A DNA stretch of 64,000 nucleotides, from positions 24,796 through 88,795 of the forward strand of contig CALDTY010000014.1 in NCBI GenBank assembly GCA_937923605.1, read 5' to 3'. Numbering within the stretch: the stretch's first letter is position 1; each line of letters starts with the position of its first letter. The DNA is from Candidatus Absconditabacterales bacterium (GTDB lineage: Bacteria; Patescibacteriota; Gracilibacteria; Absconditabacterales; Absconditicoccaceae). The notes below the pieces were generated by a model, which was not told the DNA's origin, searched no databases, and saw nothing but the letters and a program-made list of their open reading frames with translations. The position numbers were made by a program, and so were the translations under genes. Positions 9,790 through 22,136 of the stretch are shown here, in pieces.

Positions 9790-12700
9790 ATGAAAAACAT
9801 AATTTGTTTTTTCTTTTTGTTTATTAACCTACAATTTACATTTGCTAACCCAAATGTAATAGTGAACTGTAATGATTTTGAGATTAATAATTATGTCTCT
9901 GAAAATATTGCAACTGAATTGCTTGAAAAAAGTAACTGGAGCGCATACTTTGATTTTAATAGTTGCCCTCAAGGATCTCTAATTTCAGGATACAATCAAC
10001 ATGTAACTGGGTGCGCTATGATATCAAGAGTTTATAGTCTTGGACTAAACAACTATTGTACTCCTAGCAGTCTCACCAACGAAGCGGACGATTATGTATT
10101 GACTATTCTTCCAGACACAAGCGGTTTTTCACTCAATTCCACTAAATCAATTCTTGTTGATATAGGGCTTGGAGAAAATGGCAAAGTAACAGATTTCGAA
10201 TTTGATTTTTTTGGCCCAGGATCACATCTTTCACCTGATAGTCTTGGATTAATTCTTTATGACAATTTAGGATTTATGCAAGATTTAGTTTACATTGATG
10301 TTAATAATAGCGGATGGCAGCATTATGTTGTTGGTTTCTCCGCTAGTTTAGCCTCAACGAATTGGACTGTGAAAATTGTTCCTTATGGTGTAGAAGATAG
10401 AACGCTTCCATATACTCAAACATGGGCAAAATTTGATAACTTTACAACTAGAGGAGAATGTGGAAACACATGTCCTAATAGTTGGTGGACTGGAAATACA
10501 TCATTTCTTGAACCTACAGTATGTATGAATGGAGGAATAAAACATGGAGTCATTTATGAAATATTTGATGAATGTTTACATCAAATTACTTACCCTGTCT
10601 ATTGGATTCTAGTAATTGATGATTCTCCTCCAACAATTGAATGTAAGAACGTTATCACACTAGTAGCAAACGAAGATTGTTTAGCAACTTGGAAGATAGA
10701 TGCTACACATTATGACAATTGTACAGATACAAAGCTAAGTGCTTATTTTCATTATCATCATTATGATGAAGGTGATAGTATTCAACTTGGCTGTGGAGAA
10801 CATATTATCGAACTAACATCAAGAGATCAATGTGGTAACGAAAGTTCATGTGTCACAACAATTTTCGTTGCAGACAATATCTCTCCTGTAGGTATTTGTG
10901 ATGCTTCTGCAGTTTCATTGGGAAATGATTTTGTAGAAGTGCCAGCTATTACATTCGATGATGGAAGTCATGATAACTGTGGTACTGTAAGTTTTAAAGC
11001 AAGAAAAATGCTGGATGTATGTAACAATAAAACTATTGCGACTGAATATCTAACATTTTGCTGCGAAGAAGCAAATACAGAAGTTATGGTTGCTTTAGAG
11101 GTGACAGATAAATCAGGTAACATTACTACTTGTATGACATCTATTGAAATACAGTATAAACCAGAATTAATATGTCCAATAGGTAGAACTATCAATTGTG
11201 GTGTAGACTATACAACAATTGATTTAGGGGAACCGTTAGGCAATATTTGTCACTTAGGAATAGAAAGAACATTCAACACAAAGAATTTGAATAGTTGTGG
11301 AAGTGGTTTATTAGAAGTTCAGTATACGATTCTTGATGGCGTTTTAGAACCATTGAGTTGTGTGCAAGAGGTTCACATAGAGCACGAAACTGCATTTCAA
11401 CCCGGAGATATAGATTTTCCCTGGGATGTTGAATTTGAGTTCTGTGATGATGAATTACATTTACTAGCACCAAATTTACTTGAAAATGAATATGGTTATC
11501 CGATAATAAAAAGCCAATCATCATGTTTAGATTACAAAATAAGTTATGATGATGATATTTTCAATTTTGGGCAAGATGGAGCATGTAAAAAAATCATTAG
11601 AACTTGGACAGTTTTTGAATGTTGTAGTGGAACAAGATTGGAGCACAAACAACTTCTTAAAATAGTTGACAAGGTTTATCCGGAAATTGCCTTTCTACCT
11701 TTAGATACAATTTGCTCTTATCAAGACTGTGGTACAATACAATTAGATCTTGATCTAACTGACCACATATATGTAACTGATAATTGTGACAATGTATCTA
11801 TTAGCCACATTAAAAATGGCACAGAGGTAGATGGTACTAACATTAGTGGTTTATATCACTTTGGAAGGAATGACGTTCAATTTGCAGTCACTGATAAGTG
11901 CGGTAATAGGACCGAAAGAATCTTTAGCTTTGTTGTCAAAGATTGTAAAGCACCAGTAGTATATTGCTACAATGGATTAAGTCTTTCGGTAGGGTCTAGT
12001 GGAGAAGTAGAGATATGGCCTTCAGATTTTGATGCAGGAAGTTCTGATAATTGCACAGATCAAATGGATCTACTATTTTCATTTAGTTTAGATCCAAATG
12101 ACATTCATCTGAGTTTCACATGTGATGACATTGGTAGTAATCCTTTAGAAGTATGGGTAACTGACGAATGTGGTAATCAAAGCTATTGTACTACATTTGT
12201 TACTATTACTGATAGTCAAAATATTTGTGGTCCTGGTGTAGGATCAAGAATGGTCTATGGAAGCATTATGGATCCAGATCTAGAGTATCATATTAAAGAT
12301 GTTCTCATCGAGACTGATAATAGTCAACACGTATGCAATGACGGACATTACTCAATGACTCTAGATCAGAATGATTTCTGTCTATCAGCAACAAAAGATG
12401 ATGATTACTTAAATGGTGTCTCTACCTTGGATCTTATAATGATTCAAAGACATATACTTGGTATAGAAGAGCTTACAGGACATCAGCTTATTGCAGCTGA
12501 TATAAATAATGATGGAAATATTAGTGGACTTGATCTAATAGAATTAAGAAAGTTAATACTTGGAATTTATTCTGAACTTCCAGAAAACGATAGTTGGAAA
12601 GTATATGCTATAGAGGGCAACAGATACATTCAAAAGTATAATTTTACTCAGCAAGATTCACAACATGTAAATTTTGTAGGAATAAAAATAGGGGATGTGA

Positions 12701-13212
12701 ATAATTCAGTAGAACATGTATCAAATAGTGTAGCAACATACTCGCTATCATACGTAGATAGTGATATATCTTTACTTTTTGATCAAAAAATTGTTGCAAT
12801 AGAAGGTACATACAAAGGGGACCCATCCAAAATTCCGACAAATACAGTAAATTCTATTACAAAAAATGGATATACATCTTTTCTTTATACCTTTGAAGCA
12901 ACAAACGAGTTTAAGTTACCAGTGAATGCTACAAATATACAAATACATTCAATAGTAGATATTAATGCAAAAGAGTACACCGTAGTAAATGAAAAGGTTG
13001 AGAGTAGTATAGTACTATATCCCAATCCAGCAACTTCATATGTAATTATAGAGGGCTATTCAGATACTACAGTAAAAATCTACGATAAGGATGGAATCAT
13101 GATTAGCAAAAGAGCAATTACGAATTCATCTCTAAATATTTCAGATTTAAATCCTGGAATGTATATGATACAATTTAATAAAGGTGTAACGAAGCCTCTT
13201 CTAAAATTGTAA
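9790..13212 (+). CDS. large secreted adhesin-like protein with HYR-like Cys modules, dockerin-like repeat and T9SS type-A C-terminal sorting domain
   Basis: 1140-aa ORF that is intact in the standard code. Signal peptide MKNIICFFFLFINLQFTFA. Repeated modules ending ...D(K/E/Q)CGN..(S/T)C...(V/I).V.D..(A)P. Dockerin/EF-hand-like DINNDGNISGLDLIELRKLILG. C-terminus VLYPNPATSYVIIEGYSDTTVKIYDKDGIMIS...LNPGMYMIQFNKG matches the Por/T9SS CTD pattern. About 76 Gly codons by hand count and none is TGA. Confidence 0.9.
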   Translation: MKNIICFFFLFINLQFTFANPNVIVNCNDFEINNYVSENIATELLEKSNWSAYFDFNSCPQGSLISGYNQHVTGCAMISRVYSLGLNNYCTPSSLTNEADDYVLTILPDTSGFSLNSTKSILVDIGLGENGKVTDFEFDFFGPGSHLSPDSLGLILYDNLGFMQDLVYIDVNNSGWQHYVVGFSASLASTNWTVKIVPYGVEDRTLPYTQTWAKFDNFTTRGECGNTCPNSWWTGNTSFLEPTVCMNGGIKHGVIYEIFDECLHQITYPVYWILVIDDSPPTIECKNVITLVANEDCLATWKIDATHYDNCTDTKLSAYFHYHHYDEGDSIQLGCGEHIIELTSRDQCGNESSCVTTIFVADNISPVGICDASAVSLGNDFVEVPAITFDDGSHDNCGTVSFKARKMLDVCNNKTIATEYLTFCCEEANTEVMVALEVTDKSGNITTCMTSIEIQYKPELICPIGRTINCGVDYTTIDLGEPLGNICHLGIERTFNTKNLNSCGSGLLEVQYTILDGVLEPLSCVQEVHIEHETAFQPGDIDFPWDVEFEFCDDELHLLAPNLLENEYGYPIIKSQSSCLDYKISYDDDIFNFGQDGACKKIIRTWTVFECCSGTRLEHKQLLKIVDKVYPEIAFLPLDTICSYQDCGTIQLDLDLTDHIYVTDNCDNVSISHIKNGTEVDGTNISGLYHFGRNDVQFAVTDKCGNRTERIFSFVVKDCKAPVVYCYNGLSLSVGSSGEVEIWPSDFDAGSSDNCTDQMDLLFSFSLDPNDIHLSFTCDDIGSNPLEVWVTDECGNQSYCTTFVTITDSQNICGPGVGSRMVYGSIMDPDLEYHIKDVLIETDNSQHVCNDGHYSMTLDQNDFCLSATKDDDYLNGVSTLDLIMIQRHILGIEELTGHQLIAADINNDGNISGLDLIELRKLILGIYSELPENDSWKVYAIEGNRYIQKYNFTQQDSQHVNFVGIKIGDVNNSVEHVSNSVATYSLSYVDSDISLLFDQKIVAIEGTYKGDPSKIPTNTVNSITKNGYTSFLYTFEATNEFKLPVNATNIQIHSIVDINAKEYTVVNEKVESSIVLYPNPATSYVIIEGYSDTTVKIYDKDGIMISKRAITNSSLNISDLNPGMYMIQFNKGVTKPLLKL

Positions 13213-13237
13213 TAACTTTAATTTAAAGACAGCAACT

Positions 13238-13272
13238 GAACCCTTTCACAAATGTGAAAGGGTTCTTTTTTT
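13238..13272 (+). terminator. rho-independent terminator
   Basis: GAACCCTTTCACA-AA-TGTGAAAGGGTTC followed by a run of 7 T. Confidence 0.85.
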
Positions 13273-13365
13273 AAAATTATATTATTTCATACAATGAATT
13301 ATAGAGCAATGGTTGCAAGATGAATTGAGATCAATACATTTTAATCATTTATTCTCTTAATAATA

Positions 13366-13971
13366 ATGTATACTTTACCAGATCTATCATTTTCATATGA
13401 TGCTTTTGAACCATTTATTGATGCTCTTACAATGGAGATTCATCATACAAAACATCATGCTTGATACACAAAAAAATTGAATGCAGCAATTGAATGAACT
13501 GATCAAGAAAACAAAACAATAGAAGAGATATTACGTAACCCAGATGATCTACCTGAAAAGACAAAACAGTCTATTTTAAATAACTGATGATGATACTATA
13601 ATCATTTACTCTTCTGGCAAAGTATAACACCATGATGATATACTATCGAATGAGATATTAAGGAAGCTATACTTATAGAATTTTGATCTTTTGAAGAATT
13701 TCAAAAGCAATTTTCATGAAAAGCTCTCTCTCTATTTTGAAGTTGATGGGTATATCTTTGCAAAGATGCTGAGAATAAATTAGTAATAAAAAGATGTAGT
13801 TTTCAAGAAACCCCTTTGAAAAATTGACTAGTACCTTTGCTATGACTAGATGTTTGGGAACATGCCTATTATCTCCATTATCAGAATCGTAGAGCAGACT
13901 ATGTAGAAGCATGGCGAAATATAGTTGATTGGAATGAAGTTAATAAAAGATATATAAAATTAGAAAAGTAG
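13366..13971 (+). CDS. Fe/Mn-family superoxide dismutase
   Basis: 201-aa code-25 frame: [48 protein letters not shown] (13735-13749), [19 protein letters not shown]. All 14 Gly I counted are encoded by TGA. Confidence 0.95.
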
Positions 13972-14003
13972 TCACTATAACTACATTTTATTTATACAAA
14001 AGA

Positions 14004-14975
14004 ATGGCTAAAGACATAAAGAATATCATAATTATATGATCATGACCTGCATGACACACAGCTGCAATATATGCATGAAGAGCATTGCTTGAGCCTTTGA
14101 TGTATGAATGATGGATGGCAGCTTGAGTTGCTGCTTGATGACAATTAACTACAACAACAGAAGTAGAGAACTTTCCTGGATTTCTTCATATTCAATGACC
14201 TGAACTAATGATGAAAATGAGGGAGCAATCAGTACATAACTGAACAACTATAATTTCCAAAACAGTGGATTCAGTAGAACTATCTGAGAATCCAGAATTG
14301 AATCCACATAAAGTAATGATTTGAGACGATCAAATACTTACTAGAACGTTAGTTATAGCAACATGAGCAACAGCGAAACGTCTTGGTCTTCCATGAGAAG
14401 ATTTATACTGGCAAAATGGAGTTTCTGCATGTGCAGTTTGTGACTGATGATTACCAATCTTTCGTGAAAAACACTTAGTAGTTATTTGAGGGTGAGATAG
14501 TGCAGCAGAGGAGGCAGGTTATCTAACTAAATTTGCTAGTAAAGTAACAATGTTAGTTAGAAAGGATGAAATGAGGGCAAGTAAGGTTATGCAAGAAAGA
14601 GTTCTAAATAATAAAAAGATAGAAATATTATTTAATCACGAAGGAACGGAGATACTTGGAGATTGAAAAGTAATGACGTGAATGAAAATATTTAATAACA
14701 AAACAAATGAATCTTTTGATATTGATGCTTGATGATTATTCTATGCAATATGACATAAACCAAACACTATATTCTTATGATGACAAATTGAAATAGATGA
14801 TGCATGATACATAATCACACAATGACATATGTCTACGAGCACTAATATTCCATGAGTATTTGCTGCTGGTGATGTTCAAGACAAGAAATACAGACAAGCA
14901 ATTACCTCAGCTTGAACATGATGTATGGCAGCACTGGAAGCAGAACATTGGCTAGCAGATAATAATTTGATTTAA
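14004..14975 (+). CDS. trxB: thioredoxin-disulfide reductase
   Basis: 323-aa code-25 frame: IIIGSGPAGHTAAIYA (GxGxxG with TGA Gly, 14037-14054), redox site SACAVCDG, VVIGGGDSAAEEA, VFAAGDVQD. Confidence 0.94.
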
Positions 14976-14984
14976 TACATTATA

Positions 14985-15230
14985 ATGGGTCTTATTCCTA
15001 AAATTAATATTGCAGAAACAATAGAATGATGGAAAGAACTTCCAGATAATTTAAAGCCTTTGTATAAATCAATCATTGAAAATAGTAAATTTAGATGTGT
15101 CAGAATATTGAGTACAAAAAAAATGCGTGAATATAGAAATAAATACACTGAGCATATTCAAAATGCTAAAGAGAATCTAATTAAGATAAATGAGCGTCGT
15201 AAATCTTGGTCAAAAAAGAAGAATTATTAA
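14985..15230 (+). CDS. hypothetical small basic protein (81 aa)
   Basis: Open frame with one TGA, ending in TAA, tightly packed after trxB. No motif recognised. Confidence 0.45.
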
Positions 15231-15257
15231 CCATATAAAACGCTTTTACAATTTATA

Positions 15258-18200
15258 TTACTCTCAATCAGTAACTGGAGCGTTAAGTAGTAGATCATAG
15301 CTCAACAATGGATCTGTAATTATACTATATCATGGAATTGTTACATCACTAGCTCAATAAGTGATTGCTCAAGCAGATAATGAATCAATCTGTAGTCAAA
15401 CAAAATCGGATTGTCATGGGGTTTCTGTAACTCATATTGCAACAATCACTAAATCTAAAATTTCTGTTGCCTCGAAAATAAAATCATCCGGAGAACTTGA
15501 TACATCAAAGGTAACTAATCATCATGATGATACTCAGACATATCATCAATTTTCTATTCATCAAGATTTATATATTTTATATGATCACACTGATGTCCCG
15601 GTTCATAAAACTTCATTAAATACTAGAGAATGAATTTTTGCCTCTAAAGCTCATCATGACATGGTAGTATTCATCCAGTCATCCGCATTAATCCTTAGGA
15701 TTGCAACATTTGTATCAGTTGTAAGTCATCAAATTTCAGCTGCTTTTGAATCAATTCAATTAACAGATGTTGAAACGAATGACATATAATTTATAGCAAC
15801 TGGTTCGACACAAAAGTCTGGTGAAATTCCTGAAATCAGTGTAGATGTTTGTGAATTCATATCAATTCAAGAACTCAATCAAATGGCATCATTATCATTT
15901 ATAGACAATTCAAAGCTAAAAGGTCACGACTGAATTCATGTAATACTTTCATTCGGTATAAATCATATCGGTTCTGCCTCAATTTTTACATATATAGTGT
16001 CTCATCATATATGAGGAACTATAAAATTATTGTTTAAGTTTATGACATTGCTTGTCACTGTGATTGGTCAATAAAGGACTGTTGCCATGTCTCATCAGTA
16101 AATTGTAACTGATCTAACTGCATCCGCAAACAGATTAGCCCCAGATCACAATACAGTCAGTGTCATATCTTCCACAGAAATATCTTCATTAAAAGCATCT
16201 AAATCAAATGAAGCAACAAAGTCTGAAGCTTCTCATCATAGTACACATGATTCTTGAATACTAGAATTGTTTTCAGTAATAGTCATATATCACACATCAG
16301 TTATTGAAATATCATTTATAATGCCAGGATAATATGATGCAGAACATGGCTCTCAATCAGTATTCATAATACCAACATACTCAAGTTCAGCAGAAAGTGT
16401 GTCTCAAATGGTTGAAGCTTCATTTGATAAATCAATAGTCACATACATTTGTTGAATTGAGTTTGCTTGAACTAGTATTGGAGTAAATGTTAGATGGGCC
16501 TTATCGATAGTATTAATACTTGATTGCGAAACTAATGTTCAATTTGGGAAGGTTCAACGATATAATTTCACCATATCAATGTGAGTAGAATCAAAATTCG
16601 ATCATCAGATTATAATGGAATCAAATGTAATAGGTGTATCTCCTCATAGAACATCGAATGTTACTAATTCAGCATCAAGTGAAGAAATCACATGTGTTGA
16701 ATCAAGTAATTCAATTCTGTTAACTTCTGTACCATTTGGACATTCTAGAGGCTGAGAGAAATCAATAGTCACAGTTGCAGTTTGACATTGAACTCAAGCC
16801 TGTCAGCATTCTCAATCGTAAAAGCTAGTAGTATAATCTCAATTTGGACAATCATCAAGCATTAATCAAGAGGATCATCAATCTCATCATCAAGCTCATC
16901 AACCACCGCTTGATTGTGCATAAGCAATATTTCAGATTTCAGCTCATGTTTGAGGAAGAAATTCCGGAAGAACAATATCCAATATTCAGCTTTTATTAAG
17001 TGATATAGATAGATCATTTTGCATACTATCATTTACTTTATCAAGTATGTTTATAGGTTGATTTTCTACCAAATTTGAATGAACAACAGTGTTTGTGGTT
17101 GGCACAATAGTGATAACTTCTTGTATTTGTTGAATAGCAGGCTGAACCAAAGGAATAGTGTTTTGATTAACAGAACTTGTAGCAGCACGATTTCTAGTAC
17201 CTCATCAACTTCATCATTTTCTTCTTGGTTGTTCAATAATGTTGTCATTACATTCTTTTACTTCAATTTTCTTCTTAATAACTGAGGTGCATCATAAATC
17301 ATCAGTAGCAACAAATTTCATATTATTAGTTCAGACAGATGTAAGGTATGCTGTAGTGACTAAATATGATCAATGTGAATCTGCAAGATCAATTTGTCAT
17401 GATGTCTTTAATCAATTTCGATTAATTGTTTCAAGGGTATTACTTCATGAAAGATAGTAATGTACAGTAACATCTTCCAAAAGACATACTTCACTTTTAA
17501 TATCTATACTTAATTCAATATCACACACTGGTGGAACAGTGACTGCAACATCATTATTGGTCAATGTACATGTATAAGTCTCTCATGCTAATGGCGTAAA
17601 ACTTCAAGCAAAACTGCGTGGTGGTGTTCATGTATAATATTCTGGAGTATCAATAGATACATCTCTTCAAAACACAATGTCTCAACTTCAGTTCTTACAT
17701 ACTGTAGATTCATACATATATTGTCAATCCTCAGTCACAGATACATGTGGTTCAAACATATAATACTCAACTCATCATGTAAGCTGAATCATTGATCAAT
17801 GCTCACTTGTTGCAAATATACTGTCTAGCTGTTTTGAAGTTCAAATTTCTAGAATAAAATCATCCGATCAAAGTAATCATCATCAATCATTAATTACATT
17901 TTTTTCAAATATCAAATTGGCAATATTTTCCTCTGGAGTCATAAAAATACAAGACTCTGCTTCTACGTACTGAGCATTATCTGCACTTAAGACAGCTAGG
18001 TTACAAATATCGTCATCTCAAGTAACAAAATACTCAAATGTAACTTTACCAGCAGTATCATTAACTACATATTTTATATCAGTTATATCGCAATACGTCG
18101 TAGCCCATACAGGAGGAGTATACTCTCAAAAAAGATTAGCAAGTATATTGCTTAAATCATTGGTGTCATTAGTAGTTGTTGGAATAAACGGTCACTGAAT

Positions 18201-19634
18201 CCAAGTTTCACGATCATCTAAAGAATAATAGAAATTATCATAATCAATATTTGATCAAGTAAGAAGTCAGTTAAAGCATGTATTAGGTGGTACCGCATCA
18301 GTGATAACAGGATATTCAGCAATTCATCATGTAATAGAATAGGTAACATCGAATGTTGCTATATTTCAATCTACAAATCATGTCTTTTGTAGAAATAGAA
18401 CTGGCTCCTCAAAATCAGGCTGAAAACATACCTCATCTTCTACGTATTGTGCGTTATCTGCAGAATATACGGCAGTATTACAATAAGTTCATAGATCTCT
18501 ATCTTCAAAATAATACATCAATTCAATTTCTAAAGATCAAGACGATGAATTTGCATATTCTTCAGGGAAGACATACCTTATGTCAGTAACATTACATCAA
18601 TCATATCACATACTAATATCTTTCCAAGAGGCTCTATTGTCGTTTGAGAAACTCAAATATTCGCTATATTCTCAATACATACTTCAAAAACACAATCATT
18701 CTGGAACGGTATCAACTAAAACAGGGTTCATTGGTACTCATTCTAGATGAGAAAGAGAAATCTTGTACGTAATTTCATTGTCATCAGTATCTGATTCAAT
18801 AAGAGATTTATCAATTCACAAAGTAGATATATCTATTCAACTTAACATGTCAGAACAAGCTTCATCTTGTACATATTGAGCATTATCAGCAGAAAAAAGC
18901 ACTGTATTACAGTAGGATAAGTCAGATACAACGTCTTCTCTTGTAAATCATAGACTCCAAGATCATGATCAGTTTGTATTATTAGCATAGGAAGCTGGTA
19001 AGTTATACTTTATATCAGTTATGTCACAATAATTTGATGGAATGTCTGTTATCCAGGAAGTTCTAGAATCTAGTGAAAATTCAATAAATTCTTCTTGTTC
19101 AAATGAATATGAACTAAGGCATAATCAATCAGGAACTGAATCAACTAGAACAGGATTAGAAAGGGTTCATCAAGTGTGTGAATAATTTATAGTATAATAT
19201 AGTTGTCATAGATGTTCACTATATGTATCATATGATTTATCTATTGCAAGTTGTACATTTTGAGCAATGGGTGCTTGGCATAATTCGTAGTCAAAAGATA
19301 GTTGTCATGAAAATCATTCAGGAGCTATGAAACTAAACTCTCAATTTGGTTCCATCCAAACTTCTCAGGTGCTAGGGGAGGAAAAAAGACTATATGATGA
19401 ACCAGACCATAAGTTATCATTCAACGTGACTACTCATTGATAAAATGATCAAACACTGGAGTATGAATCATCATTTGCAAATTGAATATCTCATGTTCAT
19501 GAGCTTGATCCACCTCATCCTCAACCCAACTGTGCACTAGCAAACTCAATTGATATAAAAAGATTTGATGAAAAAGAGGTAAACAGCAAACAAAATGAAA
19601 CTAACACACGAAAGAATTTTCAACTATAGCTCAT
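15258..19634 (-). CDS. giant secreted surface protein with DUF11-like repeats (1458 aa)
   Basis: A single code-25 frame of 4377 nt. Signal peptide MSYSGKFFRVLVSFCLLFTSFSS...ASA. Three repeats of about 140 aa carry NPVLVD(S/T)VP(D/E)GLC and CNT.(L/V).SADNAQYV.(D/A)E.C. An internal LPQTG is followed by a poly-Gly/Ser tract. Stop is TAA. Confidence 0.8.
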
Positions 19635-19772
19635 GTAAATTTGGTGAAATTGTAAAAACATATGTATACATTATATATAAAATATAAAATCTGTCAAATT
19701 TTAATTATGAAATATTACTTGATTCTATAATATTAATAGTTATATATATGTTTTAATGTACTAATACGTAAT

Positions 19773-20033
19773 ATGCTTTTTCCTGAATCACTTAAACTTT
19801 TAACAGATACGCTTTGGCGCATCAAAAAACAAGACATGGAAGGATGTATAGAAGATCTTTTTACACCATCAGAAATTGTTGAACTAGGTGAAAGATTGGG
19901 ACTACTAAAATCATTACAAGAAGGAAAGACACAAAGAGAAATTGCAGAAGATCAGTGAATATCAGTCACTACAGTTAGCAGAGGAGCTAGAGTTCTGAAA
20001 TATTGAAGACAGGCAATTGCAAAATATTTATAA
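19773..20033 (+). CDS. TrpR-related YerC/YecD-family DNA-binding protein
   Basis: 86-aa code-25 frame: ...LFTPSEIVELGERLGLLKSLQEGKTQREIAEDQGISVTTVSRGARVLKYG. Confidence 0.75.
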
Positions 20034-20199
20034 CATTAAATTATGATCTACATATATTAGGAAAACTATATAGTAAAATTCTTAGTATTTGATTTTGAGT
20101 ATTTGCAAACACTAATTCATATATTTTTTTGATCATATGTATTAGTGTAGTAATACAGCTTGGAGAAAAAATATTATTAAACAGTTAAAAACAAAAATA

Positions 20200-20826
20200 A
20201 TGAAAAAAAAAGAATTAATGCTAGTAATATTAGGTTGTATAGCCATTGTGCCACAAATTGTAAAATTATTGCTTTATGGCTCAGGAGGAGTTGAAATTGG
20301 CTTCTTTTTGATGAATGCCGTATATCATGCAATGGCTCTTTATTATCTTAAAAGAGCAGTACTTATAGTGAACAGTTTATTCTTATTAAAAAATGCGATT
20401 GCACTCATAATTATAATATATATTGGAACGTATGAAATTACATTATTTCCATGTACTATAATTGCATGTATGCTTGTAGCTCTGTTTCATGAAAAAAGAT
20501 TTCAAGTGAACACCATAATATGCTATACACTTGGACCTATTATACTGATTGTGAATGCTGTAAGCAGCATACTCAAACAGCAAGAAGTACAATTGAGTGC
20601 AATCACTATGGTTATATACGCAGCACTAACGTATCTAGAATATGAAAACACAGTAAGAAAACAGAAAGTTTATGGGTATGCAAATTTATTTGGGACTATA
20701 ATATTTTTCTTTCTTACTTTGATTGTACTAATTCAAGAATTGTGGATTGTTTGATTTCAAACAATGAGTAAAGATGTCAGCCACTTACAAACTCCTGGCA
20801 TTCTTTTTAACAGTAACATTATATAA
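20200..20826 (+). CDS. polytopic membrane protein (184 aa to the first TGA, 208 aa under code 25)
   Basis: Hydrophobic multi-helix ORF. No TGA until codon 185 (20752-20754). Under code 25 it runs on to TAA at 20824-20826, which overlaps the next ATG as TAATG. Confidence 0.6.
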
Positions 20827-22085
20827 TGAGTATAGAAGAATCTAGCATATCAAAATGTCCTTATCATCGCATGTTGAATGCAATGAAGGATACCTGAAAT
20901 ATCAGAAAAAAATTATCAAATCTATTAGATAGGCCAACTAAAAACATAACTAAAGAAAACTGAGAAGAGATAGATCCAACCATTAAGCTATTTAAACAGT
21001 GAAATTTAGATTCCATTGTGCGCATACCTAATCGTCCCTTGTGAGAATTAAGTGACACAATATTTAAAGAAGAAATAGTTGTAGAAGAGTGATTAAAACT
21101 CCTAGATAATTTTAAACATGATGAATTTGAGAAGCTAAATCTTGATGATAAAATACTATGATTATTTGATCTAAAAATATTATATATGAAAATGATCTAT
21201 CAGGATGTAGCGTTGTTCTCAGAAACTGAATGATATGACTACCAAAAATTTTTAAAAGAATTAAGAAAATTAATTAGTAAACTAAATATTGTACTTGAAA
21301 TGAAAGATAATGCCGTCCCAACGTATAATGATCTCATATTCACAAATCCTAAGGAAGATATACGCACATTCTGTAGTGGAGAAACCTGACTACAGGAATA
21401 CTATTTTTACTTATGACATGCTCTGATTGAAAATGAATTTGAAGATATTCTGAATGAAGTAGAGTCTATGATGAGAAATTTAAAGAAAGACTGAATTATT
21501 GATAATTTCGATGATATGAAAAGCCACATAGATTTGAAATTCAAGAACATTCATAGCTATATGAGACAATACAATAAGTACTTTAAAAGAGAATATTTTG
21601 ATGAAATCCGTAAATATTTTAGTATACCAAGTTTACAAATATGATCTCATCAGAATCAAGACAATAAAGGGACTGCTCAAATAGAGATTCAGGATTATGA
21701 AGAAGATAATAATGGCCCAAGTTGAGTCAATATGTGAAGCATCATAATACTAAATCAATTAATACAATGAGATCACGTCAAAAATACTACATATATGGAC
21801 TCATTCTGAGATCAAGACAAAAGGGTGCATCCAAAAAAAGATCAACATAGGTTTACCGAAATCAGAAAAGACTGAGTAAGTAGTTTACACCAATTAGCTA
21901 AAGAAAATGATTCTGATGAATTATACAAACTTTGTGGCATTCTCAATAAATGAATTCTAGAATTTCTTCTAATACATCTAGGTTCAGTAAAGAAATTTCT
22001 ACCTGAGGCATATAAAGAATGATGAATATGAACATGATGATATGCGATAAAAGAATCACTTATGCATTCAATCAATAATAAAATA
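20826..22085 (+). CDS. hypothetical protein (419 aa); weak resemblance to heme dioxygenase (TDO/PrnB-like) C-terminus
   Basis: Continuous code-25 frame with many TGA, ending in TAG. The C-terminal ...HRFTEIRKDGV...GIGTGGYA loosely recalls the TDO GTGGSSG region. The assignment is speculative. Confidence 0.5.
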
Positions 22086-22136
22086 GATTTCAAATCTTTA
22101 CTTACAAAAGAATAATTTTTAATCATTAAATTAACT

